A program made the position numbers and the translations under genes. Below the pieces are notes generated by a model. It was not told the DNA's origin and made no database searches. It worked only from the letters and a program-made list of their open reading frames with translations. A stretch of 64,000 bases of DNA. It comes from Eledone cirrhosa. Lineage: Eukaryota. The DNA lies in contig OZ024763.1 of the NCBI GenBank assembly GCA_964016885.1, forward strand, positions 18,476,001-18,540,000, written 5' to 3'. Positions within the stretch are counted from its first letter, which is position 1; every line of letters begins with the position of its first letter. Of this stretch, positions 48,715-61,814 are shown piece by piece.

Positions 48715-49053
48715 TGCTTTGCAGTATTCGTTCCATCTCTCTGCTCTCTGAGTTCAAAATCCTTCCGAAATCAATTTTGCCTTTCATCCTTTCGAGGTTG
48801 ATAAAAAAATCTAACAGTCTAGCCCTGGGCTCGATTCTTCCTTTATATCTCTTTCTCACTTCCATTGTCTCTTACCCTCTCTATCCTTCTCTCGAAGAAA
48901 TCTGTTGTATTCAGTCCCAGAGAGAGATGGTCTCCACCAGGCTTTAAAATACCCGCCCTATAAACGCCGTATGTCGATACGGCGGCGCCCCTACGACTCT
49001 TTCAGGAGTCACAAGACCATGCATGCATGATCCATCCTAGTATATATATATAT

Positions 49054-49087
<34 letters not shown>

Positions 49088-49740
49088 GCTTACGTTAAAT
49101 ATTGATGTAATTCAATTCAAGCACTCTACCATCTTTTCCCACATAGAAATGACGGAGTATTTTTAGAATAAGAAAATGCGAAGTAGTTTCAGATGTTAAA
49201 GTCCTTTATTGATAAGGCTGTGGTACATATTTCAATGACGACTGGCCACGCGATTCCGCGTAACCAGTGTCATAATCTCACCAGACAGCTTCATTACATA
49301 AGGTTACGTTCTCGCGGCAATCCAAACTAAAAGGACAAGGGAACGGACAAAGATGTTTTTGAAGACCAAGAAGCTAGATTTACCATCTTTCTAGTGGGTC
49401 CGGGTAAGTTTTTACATTCATATAAGTTATTGATTTATTGATATTTTATCTGAGTGACCCGAATCTTCCTGGTCGTTATTTTTCGGCTGCATGGGTGATT
49501 TTAGGCATAATCTTTGTGTGTTGGTATTTTAACGATAGTTATAGCTCTGATTTATCTGAATTATTGAGCCCTCTGCCACTCATGTCGGATTTATTTATCG
49601 TAAACTCGTGAGCTGATTTTCCGATACTCGATTATTCTAATATATATATAGGCGTAGACATTACAATACAACGGGAGCAAACATAATAGTACCACTGATG
49701 ATGTCACAGATGTGTGACGAAAGAACTTTGATAGACTATA

Positions 49741-49771
<31 letters not shown>

Positions 49772-49928
49772 CTGTATTTTTAACCGTTGGTCAATTAATG
49801 ATAAACATTGATTGCCAGATAAATTATCTATGGAGATATAAAAGATACAGAAGCGAAAACCAATCCAAACCAAACAGTTTTATTATTATTTCTGGCAATA
49901 TTATAACAATATGACCCTCCCCAAATAT

Positions 49929-49960
<32 letters not shown>

Positions 49961-50740
49961 TGTGTGTGAGTGATACCAATCCCTGACTAAATACGTCCAA
50001 CGCTATTGCTGTAATTATTGAAGATATGTTGAGGGTTGTCACACATCCACCATCACATTTATTAGGGAACCACTCACGACACCTCCAATGTAAGTTAACA
50101 AGTTGGTGACTGTTGAAATAGGTTTAGAAACAAGCCCACCACTTCCTACACACACGCAATCACAAGGCCATACACAAAAACTACACACGAACAAAAACAA
50201 AAAAGACACATGCTCACACATACATACACTCATAAACACATGGACAGATACACTCATACACATGCACACTCGCGCATATACACACCTGCACACATACGTA
50301 CACTCGCAATCATAAGGGCACTTTACACAAATATACGTATAGACAAAAGCACACGCATGCGCATAAACACGGATATATACACACACACTTACACACAAGC
50401 TCTACCCTCCCCTTCCCACACATGCATACGTCACGAGATACGATTTCTAAAGACAAAGGTAAGACATTCTGTGTCGGAAGGCAAAATAATTGTTTATACT
50501 TTAGGCACAAGGCCAGCAATTTTGGGGAGGGGGGGAAATCGATTAAATTAACCCCAGTGTATTACTGGTACTTTTATTTTATCGACCCTGTAAGGATGAA
50601 AAGCAAAGCTAACCTCAGCGGGATTTGAACTCAGAACTTAAAGGGCCGTAACTATATGCCACAAAGGTGTTATCCGATGCTCTACCGATTCTGTCATCCC
50701 ACCGCCCTGGTGGTGGTTTCTGGAATTTAGTATGTTTGTA

Positions 50741-50938
50741 CGAGGGTCAGCTGAAAAGTTCATAGGCTGACCAAGATACTCTCATGCAATGACGAAATGA
50801 AGTTTATTTTTCAACATGGTCCCTGGAAAGAAACAATTCAGTTATTAATAAGAAGAGTTGAAATTAATGCATGCAAGATTTCACAGCTCTAGCATCACTC
50901 CTTCATAGTCAGCCTATGCACGTTTCAGCCGACCCTTG
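50741..50938. mobile_element. mariner-type MITE with TA TSD (other copies at about 46625-46805, 47370-47530 and 51655-51830)
   Basis: TA|CGAGGGTCAGCTGAAAAGTTCATAGGCTGAC...GTCAGCCTATGCACGTTTCAGCCGACCCTTG|TA. Confidence 0.8.
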
Positions 50939-51075
50939 TATATATATATATATATATATATATTGTTATACTTTTGGAGGGTCATGTTGCCAATAAAAAC
51001 ACGCGCACCTGTTGGTTTTCACTTCAATTTATTATAAATTTCCGGTTGGTTGGTTCGATAAATACACCAGGATTT

Positions 51076-51136
51076 TTTCATTCTGATGACTGAAAGCAAA
51101 TTTTGTTTGCTTTCAAGAAACCACTGGTAAATGAAA
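51076..51136 (+). ncRNA. Minimal type-I hammerhead ribozyme motif
   Basis: TTTCATT-CTGATGA-c-TGAAAGCAAA/TTTGCTTTCA-a-GAAA-CCACTGG-TA-AATGAAA. Confidence 0.62.
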
Positions 51137-51180
51137 TAATTATCTTATGTTGTTTATTACATAACTAAATATATATATAT

Positions 51181-51496
51181 ATAAATTAATAAAAACAAAG
51201 AACAAGTTCCTTATATTAAAAAATTCATCATTTTACGATCGTTTCTGGGATGTATATGTGTGTTGGTATGTATATCATATAGATCTATGTAAAAATATTA
51301 CAAATTATAAGAGGAAATATACATGCCGTCCTCAGAAATTTCTGAGGACGGTATGTATATTTCCTCTGATAATTTGAAATATTTTTACATAGATCTATAT
51401 GATATACATACCAACACACATATACATCCCAGAAACGATCGTAAAATGATGAATTTTTTAATATAAGGAACTTGTTCTTTGTTTTTATTAATTTAT
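51181..51496. repeat. Spacerless palindrome with 158-bp arms
   Basis: Centre CAGAAA|TTTCTG at 51338/51339; only a few mismatches. Confidence 0.92.
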
Positions 51497-52919
51497 CTTG
51501 ACTCTGTTTTCCTATGGGTTTTATCGAAAATTTTTGAATGCATCTTCTCTTTTCATGATATTTGGATTACATTGAGTTCTTCATACGGATTGGACACTAC
51601 CGTATATTTTGGTAGATTTATGCACACACACATGCACACACTCATAAAAGTGTCAAATGAAAAGTTCATAGGCTGACCAAGATACTCTCATGGAGTAACC
51701 AAATGAGGTTTATATTAAGAAACAATGCTGCAGTTATTAATAAGAAGAGTTGAAATTAATGCGTGCAAAATTCCACAGCTCTAGCATCACTCTTTCATAA
51801 ATGATCTATGAATTTTTCAGCCAATCCTCTATGTTCATGTTGTTATTGCTGCTGTTTGATTTAATAAGCTGTTTACTTGAGGTCAACTCTTCTCTGGAAT
51901 ACGAGAGACGCCTCCAGCTACAAATGTGACAAAACATATTAAACTGTGCTAGAAATAATAAATGAATGGAAGACATGACAGACGACGGTATCAGGTGACA
52001 TCTTGATCATACAAATATGATTTCTTTATTAACCACATAGGGCTCACATTAAGGAAACATTAAGGACGATACGGTTTGAGGGATTTTGTGCGTAAGATGT
52101 TTGTATAACAAAAAAAACAACTTTAGATAATCTAATCTGGCCGAGTTTACCTTCGCAAATAAGAAGAAACAGGGCCGCCCCTAGAAGCAGTGGATTTAGT
52201 GTACTTCACATTTGTTTCGGTTGCTGAATACAATCAGGGGTCACTGCTTCTCCTGAAGGTCAATAGTTCTCTTCTAACTCGAGCGGGAGCGCCTTTCCAT
52301 TGTCAATTTGCCTTGATCATCTGCAAAGCCGCATTGTTCTCAGAACCACTACACCAGTCTTTCGATGTGTGCAGCTGGAACTACTGCCACCCATTGATTT
52401 GGCAGGATTTTGTTTATTTTTTTAGATGGCCGTTGACTCTTATGAGTTCTTCCGCCCTTTGTCAGGTTTTGGTTTTTGTCCTGCAGGGTGTCCAGAATCA
52501 CCCTCCTCACCAAGTAAACTTGGTGGGATTGCCGGTTTAGTCACCGACGACCCGACCATGCGACAGGTTGTACTGGATTGCATGCTATCAGTTACACTCA
52601 AGAGTGACCTTTAGATAAAGGGGATTGAAACCCTGCTCCTAATCTATACACACATAAAGCATGCATAGATACACCACAGCTACCCACGCGGCCACCTACA
52701 GATCGATAAATCGACATATAAACATTTGAAAAATTGAAAAATCAAATTCCCCAATGGGAGTGGGGAGGGACGCCTCCGAGGGTCATTTGTGGAGAAAGCC
52801 TACAAAAATCCCCCGTCACCCTGACCATTAGGGCAAAATGTCCTCTCCCAGTTATCCTCTTCAAATCTATAGGCGTATACTCAGAGCAGGCCCATTCACT
52901 GGGACCATGCTCCCCACCA

Positions 52920-54967
52920 ATAATAATTGTTTCTACTTTAGGCACAAGGCCAGCAATTTCCCAGTGCATTACTGGTACTAATAATAATAATGGTTTCTTT
53001 TATAGGCTCAAGGCCAGCAATTTTGTGGGAAAGTCGATTAAAACGACCCCAGTGCATTACTGGTATTTTATTTTATCGACCCAGAAAAGATGAAAGGCAA
53101 AACTAACCTCGACGGGATTTGAACACAGAACATAAAGGGCCGTAACTCGATGCTGCAAAGCATAGTGTCTGACGCTCTACCGATAATGCCAAATTGCCAC
53201 CAATAATAATTGTTTCTACTTTTTGGCACAAGGCCAGCAATTACCCCAGTACATTACTGGTACTTTATTTTATCGATGCCGTAAGGATGACAGGCAAAGT
53301 TAACCTCGGCGGGATTTGAACTCAGAATGGCAAGGGCCGTAACTCTATGCGTCAAAGCATGGCGTCCTGATATAATAATTGTTTCTACTTTAGGCACAAG
53401 GCCAGCAATTACCCCAGTGCATTACTGGTACTTTATTTTATCGACCCCGTAAGGATGAAAGGCAAAGTCAACCTTGGCAGGATTTGAACTCAGATCGTAA
53501 AGGGACGTAACTATGCTGGAAAGCATGGCGTCCGACCCTCTACCGATACTGCCAATCCAATAATAATAAAAGAACGTTGATAATTCATCACTGTCAAAAA
53601 TATGAATCTTTTAACTGAGTGACGTCGCCGCAAACATCTTTGGAATACTTAAGTTTAGGGCGGTTAGAACGTCTGATAGAATGATTTGTAGTATTCGTTC
53701 CGCCTGTCTGCTCTCTGAGTTCAAATACCGTCGAGGTCAAATTTGCCTTTCATTCTTTCGAAGTCGATAAAAAAAAGCTACTAGCCAAATACTGGGGTTA
53801 ATTCTTCCTCTATATCTCTTTTTCACTTCCATTCTCTGGAAGAAATCTATTGTATTCAGACCTGGAGAGGAAATGGGCTCCGCTAGGTTTTAAAAGAATG
53901 CCCTAGAAATGCCGTATGTTAATACAACGAAAGCATGGCGTCCATATAAATATAATTCTTTCTTCTTTTGGCACAGGGCCAGCAAATTACCCAGTGCATT
54001 ACTGGTACTTTATTTTATCGACCCCGTAAGGATGAAAGGCAAAGTTAACCTTGGCGGGATTTGAACTCAGAATGGAAAGGGCCGTAACTCTATGCGTCAA
54101 TGCATGGCGTCCGACCCTCTAACGATACTGTACCAGTCAAATACCAGGGTGGATTCTTGCTCTATTTCTCTTTCTCTCACTCTCTATATCCTTCTCTGAT
54201 AGAAATCTACTGTATTCAGACCTGGAGAAGAGATGGGCTCCGCCAGGTTTTAAAAATGCCATTGAAACACAGTATGTCAATACGGCGCCTCTGCGACTCC
54301 CCCAGGAGTTACAGGACTATACATACACACAAATATAATACCAGTCAAGTACTGGGGTCGATTCCTCCTCTATATCTCTTTCTCACTTCCATTCTTACAC
54401 ACTTTCTCTCTATCCTTCTCTGGAAGAAATCTATTGTATTCAGACCTGGAGAGGAGATGGGCTCTGGCAGGTTTTAAAATGTTATAGAAACGCGATGTGT
54501 TAATATGGCCGCCCTACGACTCCATTAGGAGTTACGAGACCATACATACATATAAATATAGTACCAGTCAAATACTAGGGTCGATTCTTGCTCTATATCT
54601 CTTTCTCACTTCCATTCTCTCATTCTCTCTATCTCCTTCTCAGGAAGAAATCTGATGAATTCAGACCTGGAGAGGAGATGGGCTCTGGCAGGTTTTAAAA
54701 TGCCCTAGAAACACGGCGCCCCTACGACACGGGACCGTGTATACACATTTAGCATGGCCAATAAAGAAATAATAATTGTTTCTACTATTGGCACAGGGCC
54801 AGCTAAATTATCCCAGTGCATTACTGGTACTTTATTTTATCGACCCCGTAAGGATGAAAGGCAAAGTTAACCTCGGCGGGATTTGAACTCACACCATAAA
54901 CGGGCGTAACTCTATGCTGCAAAGCATGGCGTCCGACCTTCTACTGATACTGCCAATCCCCCGCCCA
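52920..54967. mobile_element. Dense cluster of family B SINEs (mostly minus strand) and tandem copies of a SINE-associated 3' module
   Basis: Repeated GTTTCTACTT..GGCACAAGGCCAGCAA..CTGGTACTTTATTTTATCGACCCC. About 4 copies of TACCAGTCAAATACTGGGGTCGATTC...TTCAGACCTGGAGAGGAGATGGGCTC, which also occurs at about 48715-49030. Confidence 0.78.
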
Positions 54968-55221
54968 ATAAAGAAATAATAATAATAACTCATTATTTAC
55001 ATTTGTGGTGGTGGGGAGTTGTTTTTTGTTTGTTTGTTTATTTATTTTTCTTTGCTTTCTCAAGTAGCAACACTTACTTATCAAATAATATACTGGAAAT
55101 TACTGCTGGATAAAAAAAGATGGTGAGATTGATATGAGATAGGTAGATAGATATATAGATAATGTAGACGGAGAGGATAAATAGATATGTTTCTTTATTA
55201 AGAGGATAAATAGATAGATAG

Positions 55222-56418
55222 ATTTCTTTATTTACCATAAAGGCATAAAAAGAAGGGACAAATACAAAGGGGGAGTTTACATATAATCGAGTAAAAAGGG
55301 TGTAACATGAAAATAATCGAAAATAACCTCAAAAGGGAGGGGACGTGATGGGGGTTGCACACCCCCCCGAAAAAGTGTGCAATCCTTTGCCCGGGGAGCA
55401 CATGGAGAAGGTGCTCCCCTCTCCTTTACTTCTTTACCTACAGGATGGTATACAGAGAAGGCCCATTTACACGAGCCATTCTCGCCACTATCACCCACCT
55501 TTCATAAAACTGCCTGTAGCCAAGCACCTCTCTCTCCATTCTTATCCTTCTTCCGAAGTGATATCGGAAGAAGTAGACCAGACTATGGCCAGAGAGGAAG
55601 TTGCCTGACCTCAGACCTTTCAATCGTGTCCACCAAACAACCTCTTTCAACATGGCTATTACGCACAGAAAAACCGCCTTTGCTTCCTTTGTGAAGAGGG
55701 GAGGCGGTTTGATTGTCATCACGGACTCGGCGGTCAATTTAATCGGCGCCACCCGCGACAGCAGTTGTTCGGCGTAGCCCCACAGATCAGCCACGCCCGG
55801 ACATTGCACCAATGCGTGCGCAACGGTTTCTTCGTGACGCACGCATCTAGGGCAAATCTTTTTTGAGGGATCCCTGCCCGGGCGCCCGTGTCTGTAGAGC
55901 CTCTCTCGAACGGGTAGAGCCCCCCGGTAGCACTGCCAGGCCAGTGACTTCTGGAAGTTGTCCATTGGTCCTGGGCCGAAAGTCCTACCGAACAGGCTGG
56001 CCAGTTCGTCTTCTTCCATGTCCAGCGACTCTCTAAGGGTGTCATCGCCCCTGCTAGCCACCAGCCCTCTATAGAATGCTGAGGTGGATTCTCCACCGAT
56101 GGCCTGGCCCGCTTGCCAGAGAGCCCTGAGCGCCTGAGCACACTCAGTGTGCCAGTCTCCCAGTTTTCCGGATCTTTGCTTGACCCAGGACTGTAGCTCG
56201 GTGAGCGAGACGAGTCTCGGAAAGGCTCGTTTCACGAACGGAGCCCACACCGGTTGACCAGTGAGGAATACCTGTAGGTGCCGTAGCCTTAATGCGTGCC
56301 TACCAACCACGGCATCCCCAGCCCTCCTTTCGAAGGTTGTTGGCAGCAGATGGATCTTCTCACCATAGGAGGACGCTTCTTCCAAAGAAATTGGAAGAGC
56401 ATGCGTTCCATGGTGGTG
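55222..56418 (-). mobile_element. 5'-truncated L1/Tx1-clade LINE (ORF2 C-terminus with zf-RVT), frameshifted
   Basis: MERMLFQFLWKK..GGLGMP, AWQCYRGALPVRERL, CPRC...ETVAHALVQC; 3' end AATAAAGAAAT. Confidence 0.88.
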
Positions 56419-56709
56419 GATAGATAGATAGATAGAGGCAGGGATGATGAGAGAGAGTGAGAGCGAGTGAGAGAGAGGTAAGGATGGTAAGAGTGATACC
56501 GAGAAAGATATATATATATATTTTTTCCTCTCTCTCTCTCGCTCTCTCTCTCTCTGTATCATTCACTGAGAGAGAGAGAGAGCGAGAGAGCGAGAGAGAG
56601 GGAGAGAAATATTCAGAGAGAGAGAGATTCAGAAAGAGTAAGAAAGAGAGAGAGAGAGAGACATAGAGAGGGAGAGAGGGGAGAGAAAGATTCAGAGAGA
56701 GAGTAAGAA

Positions 56710-56766
<57 letters not shown>

Positions 56767-56876
56767 CAGAAAGAGTAAGAAAGAGAGAGAGAGAGACAGA
56801 GAGGGGGGAGAGAAACATTCAGAGAGAGTGAGAGAGAGATTCAGAGAGAGTAAGAAAGAGAGAGAGGGAGAGATTC

Positions 56877-56909
<33 letters not shown>

Positions 56910-57127
56910 CGCTACGATGAAGTTGTAATGGCGGTTGTAATTATCGTCTGCTAATTGATAAGAAATCTTTAGAAAGAAGTCAGACATGAAAATAAGGGCC
57001 TCAAAATGTAAAGCGGTAATTTATATTTCTCGGTAAATGTCTTATCATGTCGTAACGATATCGGTTCATCTGATAGTTCAGTGATTTATATTGTATTTAC
57101 CAGTAAATAGAAAAACCGCACTTTTAT

Positions 57128-57196
<69 letters not shown>

Positions 57197-57399
57197 CACA
57201 CATTCCTCTATATCTCTCTCTCTATGTATATGTCTGTTGGTCTCTCTCTCGCTCTCTCTTTCTCTGTATCTTTTTCTCTCTCTCTCTTACTTTCACACAC
57301 ACTCCTCTATCTATCTGTCCTGTCTCGCTCTTTCTCCCCTCCCCCCATCTCTCTCTATATATATCTGTATATGTCTGTCTCTCTCTCCCTATATATATA

Positions 57400-57531
57400 T
57401 AGGCATACGTCAAAACGGCTGGTCTCAAAAGTGAAACTAATTTTTGACAGTTACGTACACGTTATAAGAGTTATTTAAATTTATATATATAAAATAAAGG
57501 AGCAAATAAGAGCATGATATGAAGTCAGTCA

Positions 57532-57583
<52 letters not shown>

Positions 57584-57932
57584 TGTGTGTGTGTGTGTGT
57601 GTGTAAACGAATGTAAAAGTACACACACATATACACTTATATATGCACACATACACACTATAATATATACACGTGTGTGTGTATATATGTGTGTGTGTGT
57701 AAAATTCTAGGAAACCTTATCTATGCCCTACATATATTCTTTTACATTCGTTTACACACACACACACATATATACACACACACACACATATATACACGCA
57801 TGACTAACTTCATATCATGCTCTTATTTGCTCCTTTATTTTATATATATAAATTTAAATAACTCTTATAACGTGTACGTAACTGTCAAAAGTTAGTTTCA
57901 CTTTTGAGACCGGCCGTTTTGACGTATGCCTA
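57400..57932. repeat. Foldback element: inverted arms of about 135 bp around a (GT)n/(CA)n spacer, set in (TA)n
   Basis: TAGGCATACGTCAAAACGG...CAGTCATG versus CATGACT...CCGTTTTGACGTATGCCTA. Confidence 0.9.
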
Positions 57933-58130
57933 TATATATATATATAGAAGAGCTTCTACAGGACTAGAACTGTTTCATTCGTGAGAAATCACCAGGAAGC
58001 TCTATACTCTATGTATTGAGTACCTTACTTACTGTGGTTACCTCCGCTTCAACCCGGAATAACTTATATATATATAAAGACTATCCAAACTGAACCTGAA
58101 CCGATTAGGTCTGGTTTCTTGAAATTTTGT

Positions 58131-58189
58131 ATTTTATCTGATGAGCGCGTACCAAAATTTTGGTACCCTTGAAATATATATAATAAAAT
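58131..58189 (+). ncRNA. Minimal type-I hammerhead motif (base of stem II degenerate)
   Basis: ATTTTAT-CTGATGA-..GTACCAA/TTGGTAC..-GAAA-TATATA-TA-ATAAAAT. Confidence 0.52.
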
Positions 58190-58414
58190 AAATATGGTTT
58201 TATAAATATAGTTTCCATTTATTAATATCATTGATATTATACCCCCAAAGAACTGTAGAGTGCTTCGAATCTGTTATAAATAAATTTGTTGAATAACCAA
58301 CAAATTAAATATCTCTTTGCTTATATATATATATATATATATACGTGTCTCTCTTTTTCTCTGTATTTTCTCTATCTCTCTCTTACTTTCACACACACTC
58401 ATCTATCTATCTAT

Positions 58415-59738
58415 GTGGGCAGAGTGCAAACTGTCCTTGAAAGGTCGAGCGGAGGTGGCGAACACTTTCATAGCGTCCGCCATCTACTACCGCTTGACTG
58501 TCGTGCCTTGTCTCCGTGAACACCTCGCCAAGATGGAACGCATGCTCTTCCAGTTTCTGTGGAAGAAGCAGGCTCCGCTGGTGAGGAGATCCGTCTGCTG
58601 TCAGCACCCTTCCAACGGAGGGCTGGGAATGACGTGACTGATGATGCGCAAACATGCGCTGAGGCTGCGGCATATCCAGGTATTCCTCACCGACCCCCAA
58701 CCGGTGTGGGCACCGTTTGTGAGACAGGCTTTCCCGCAGCTCGTCTCGCTGATGGAGCTGCAGTCCTGGGTCAAGAAAAGACCGAAAACGATGGGTGCCT
58801 GGCACATTGAATGCGCTCAGGCGCTCACAGTCCTCTGGCAAGCGGGCACGGCAATCAGTGGAGACTCCACTTCGACATTCTATAGAGGGATTGTACGTTA
58901 CAAAGGCGACGACGTGCTCGGAGAGACTCTGGGCGTCGAAGACGATGAGCTCACCAGTCTGTTTGCTAGGACTTTCCGCCCGGGACCTATGGACAACTTC
59001 CAGAGGTCCCTGGCCTGGCAGTGCTACCGAGGAGCTCTACCGGTTCGTGACAAGATCTACAGGCACGGACGCCCCGGCAGAGATCCTTCCAAGAGGACGT
59101 GTCCAAGATGCGCGCTGGACATTGAAACCGCCCTGCACGCAATTGTACACTGCCCGGGAGTAAGCGACCTGTGGAACTATGCAGAACAACTGCTGTCGCG
59201 TATGGGGCAAATCCAGTTGTAAGGATCAAACCGCCAGCCTTTTTCAAAAACGAAAGAGAGGTGGTTTTTCTCTGTACAGTGGCTATGGTGAAAGAAGTTA
59301 TATGGTGGACGAGATTGAGAGGACTGAAGACAGATGCCTTTCTCTCCGGACAACAATTGATTCCCTTCTTTAAGTACCACTTTAGAAGGAGAATCAGAGT
59401 GGAGAGAGAGGCACTGCACCCCAGTAAATTTACTGAAAGGTGGGTGAATGTGGAAAAAATGGCCCAAGTGATTGGGCCTTCTCTGTATATAAACCTATAG
59501 GTTAAAGAAGAGGGCAAAAGGAAGAAAGGAGCACTTGCACAAAACGCCCCTGAAGTTGAGGGTTGTTCTATCGACGGGGTATTAAACAACCTATTTGTGG
59601 CGCCTCCCCCCTATTGGGGATTTCGATTGTTGAAATTGTTTGTTTGTTTTATATTTTTTACACGATTGTATGTAAAATCCCCGGCATGTCTTTGTATTGT
59701 CCCCTTTTTTTGTGCGCGCTTGTGGCAAATAAAGAAAT
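58415..59738 (+). mobile_element. 5'-truncated L1/Tx1-clade LINE, pseudogenised (stop at 58635, frameshift near 59220)
   Basis: LSLKGRAEVAN...GGLGM, AWQCYRGALPV, CPRC...ETALHAIVHC; 3' end AATAAAGAAAT. Confidence 0.88.
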
Positions 59739-59847
59739 ATATCTATCAATCTATCTCTCTGTCTGTCTGTCTCTCTATCTACCTATCACATACAGAGAGC
59801 ACTTGTCATTTCTCTAGGACACCGTTTCTCTCTATTGGGACACCCTG

Positions 59848-59924
<77 letters not shown>

Positions 59925-60100
59925 CAAGGCTCTGATACCATCAACACCATAAACACAGAGCTGGCATATCTAAGAACTGACTAACTACCTGATGAGATCA
60001 TAGCCATTCAATGGCTATCATCGAAATATATATAGCAGTAAATAAAGGATTATGACTTCATGCAATTGACTTATGTATCGTCACTATATATATATATATA

Positions 60101-60506
60101 ATAAAATAACAGGAGGCTGGACTGGTGTAAATCATTGAAAGGTTTATTATACTATGATCATTTCAATGACCGGGTTCAGTATGAATTCGGTGACATCATC
60201 AGGTAATTCAAAATATAACAGATAAAATCCATGGTGCTGAAAATCAGAGACAGGAGGACGACCGGCAATTTAGCACTCACTTGAGGGCAGCCGACAGAGG
60301 TAGAAGCTGCTAAATTTTCGGTCGCCCTCCTGTCTCTGATTTTCAGCACCATGGATTTTTATTTATTATATTCCTTCGTTATATTTTGAATTACCTGATG
60401 ATGTCACCGTATTCATACTGAACCCGGTCATTGAAATGATCATAGTATAATAAACATTTCAAGGATTTACACCAGTCCAGCCCAGCCCAGCCTCCTGTTA
60501 TTTTAT
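60101..60506. repeat. Long inverted repeat (arms about 175-200 bp) carrying hammerhead motifs
   Basis: ATAAAATAACAGGAGGCTGG...TTTAGCA versus TGCTAAA...CCAGCCTCCTGTTATTTTAT. Confidence 0.88.
60392..60447 (+). ncRNA. Minimal hammerhead motif in the right arm of an inverted repeat (mirror copy 60150-60205, minus strand)
   Basis: TAC-CTGATGA-..ACCG/CGGT..-GAAA-TGATCA-TA-GTA. Confidence 0.55.
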
Positions 60507-60681
60507 AATAATTAACTCCGTACTCCCACCACCAACTACACAAACGAAGACGGGTGAGTTGCATTACGTTGAGTGCTCTCCATAATATTACATCGAGGTT
60601 GACCACACAGAATGACCAGTTCTATCCAGTGGTGAACCAACAAACCCAAATAAATAAATATATATATATATACACACACCA

Positions 60682-60779
<98 letters not shown>

Positions 60780-61164
60780 GGAGGTGAGTTTTATTGTAGT
60801 ACAATAAAGCAATGCAGATATCGGATAAGAAGCACTCTACAGTTTGTAGGACTGGAGTATGCATAATATATAAGAACAAAACCAACGGTTTTCAACCTCT
60901 CTATGTAAAACAATATATTTTTCTCAGTTATAAAAGCTATCTCTCTCTCTCTATCACCCATCTCTCCTCCTATCTCATCCTTCCTCATTATACTCCCCCC
61001 TCTCCACTTTTTACTCTCATCTCCTCCTCTTTTTCACCCCCCCCCCCCCCAATAAAATATTTTTCCCAATATCCCACATCAATCTAAAACTACTTTTCAT
61101 ATTATGTTGATTTAAAACTGCACAATCCACAAGTGTTTTTTAACCTTCATATCATGTCTTCCTG

Positions 61165-61231
61165 TTTTATCTGATGAAAACACAAATATTATTGCATGAT
61201 GATATTTGTTTTTGAAATGCGCATAATAAAA
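61165..61231 (+). ncRNA. Minimal type-I hammerhead ribozyme motif with palindromic stem III
   Basis: TTTTAT-CTGATGA-AAACACAAATAT../..ATATTTGTTTTT-GAAA-TGCGCA-TA-ATAAAA. Confidence 0.65.
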
Positions 61232-61263
61232 TACATGGAACTCTTTTAACCATCTTTTGTTCT

Positions 61264-61369
<106 letters not shown>

Positions 61370-61446
61370 CTATATATATGACTGCCACTACAGGAATTGA
61401 AGATTCAAGACCTTAGTGGTATGTTGTATATCCAATCTCTTATATA

Positions 61447-61505
61447 TTTTATCTGATGAAAACGTACTTAAACACCATTGTACCTTTGAAATATGTATAA
61501 TAAAA
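61447..61505 (+). ncRNA. Minimal type-I hammerhead motif
   Basis: TTTTAT-CTGATGA-AAAcGTAC/GTACcTTT-GAAA-TATGTA-TA-ATAAAA. Confidence 0.58.
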
Positions 61506-61780
61506 ATATATAATTTGGTTATGATATTTCTCATTTATTAATATTTTGAATAATATTATATATATATATATATAAATGAAGTATTTCCGTAAGAAAGGTA
61601 AAGGAAAAGAGAGTGCTCTATGTAGGCTACAGAGCTTTTAACTATATATATATATATATAGTTAGATAGAAGTCGATCGACTTTCGGCAAATCGGACCGA
61701 GGAAACAATGTTATATATAAGCTCTGTTTTATACATAGAGCACTCTTTTTTCCTTGTTTTTTTTTCTTCGGAAATACTTA

Positions 61781-61813
<33 letters not shown>

Positions 61814-61814
<1 letters not shown>

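Noticed and set aside
49690-49735. Further hammerhead-like cores (CTGATGATGTCAC..GTGACGAAA; also about 5505-5540, 6650-6685 minus and 11205-11238 minus)
   Set aside because: Stem I/III or the GAAA is broken, so these are probably decayed relics and are not called as ribozymes.
52020-52900. GC-richer stretch as a possible gene
   Set aside because: I found no convincing frame or splice pattern. It starts with a minus-strand AATAAAGAAA end like the LINE 3' ends at about 44545 and 55222, so it is probably retroelement-derived.
55438-56562. 374-aa ORF as an intact protein
   Set aside because: Its N-terminus is microsatellite read-through, and the remainder is a frameshifted, 5'-truncated LINE ORF2 lacking the RT core.
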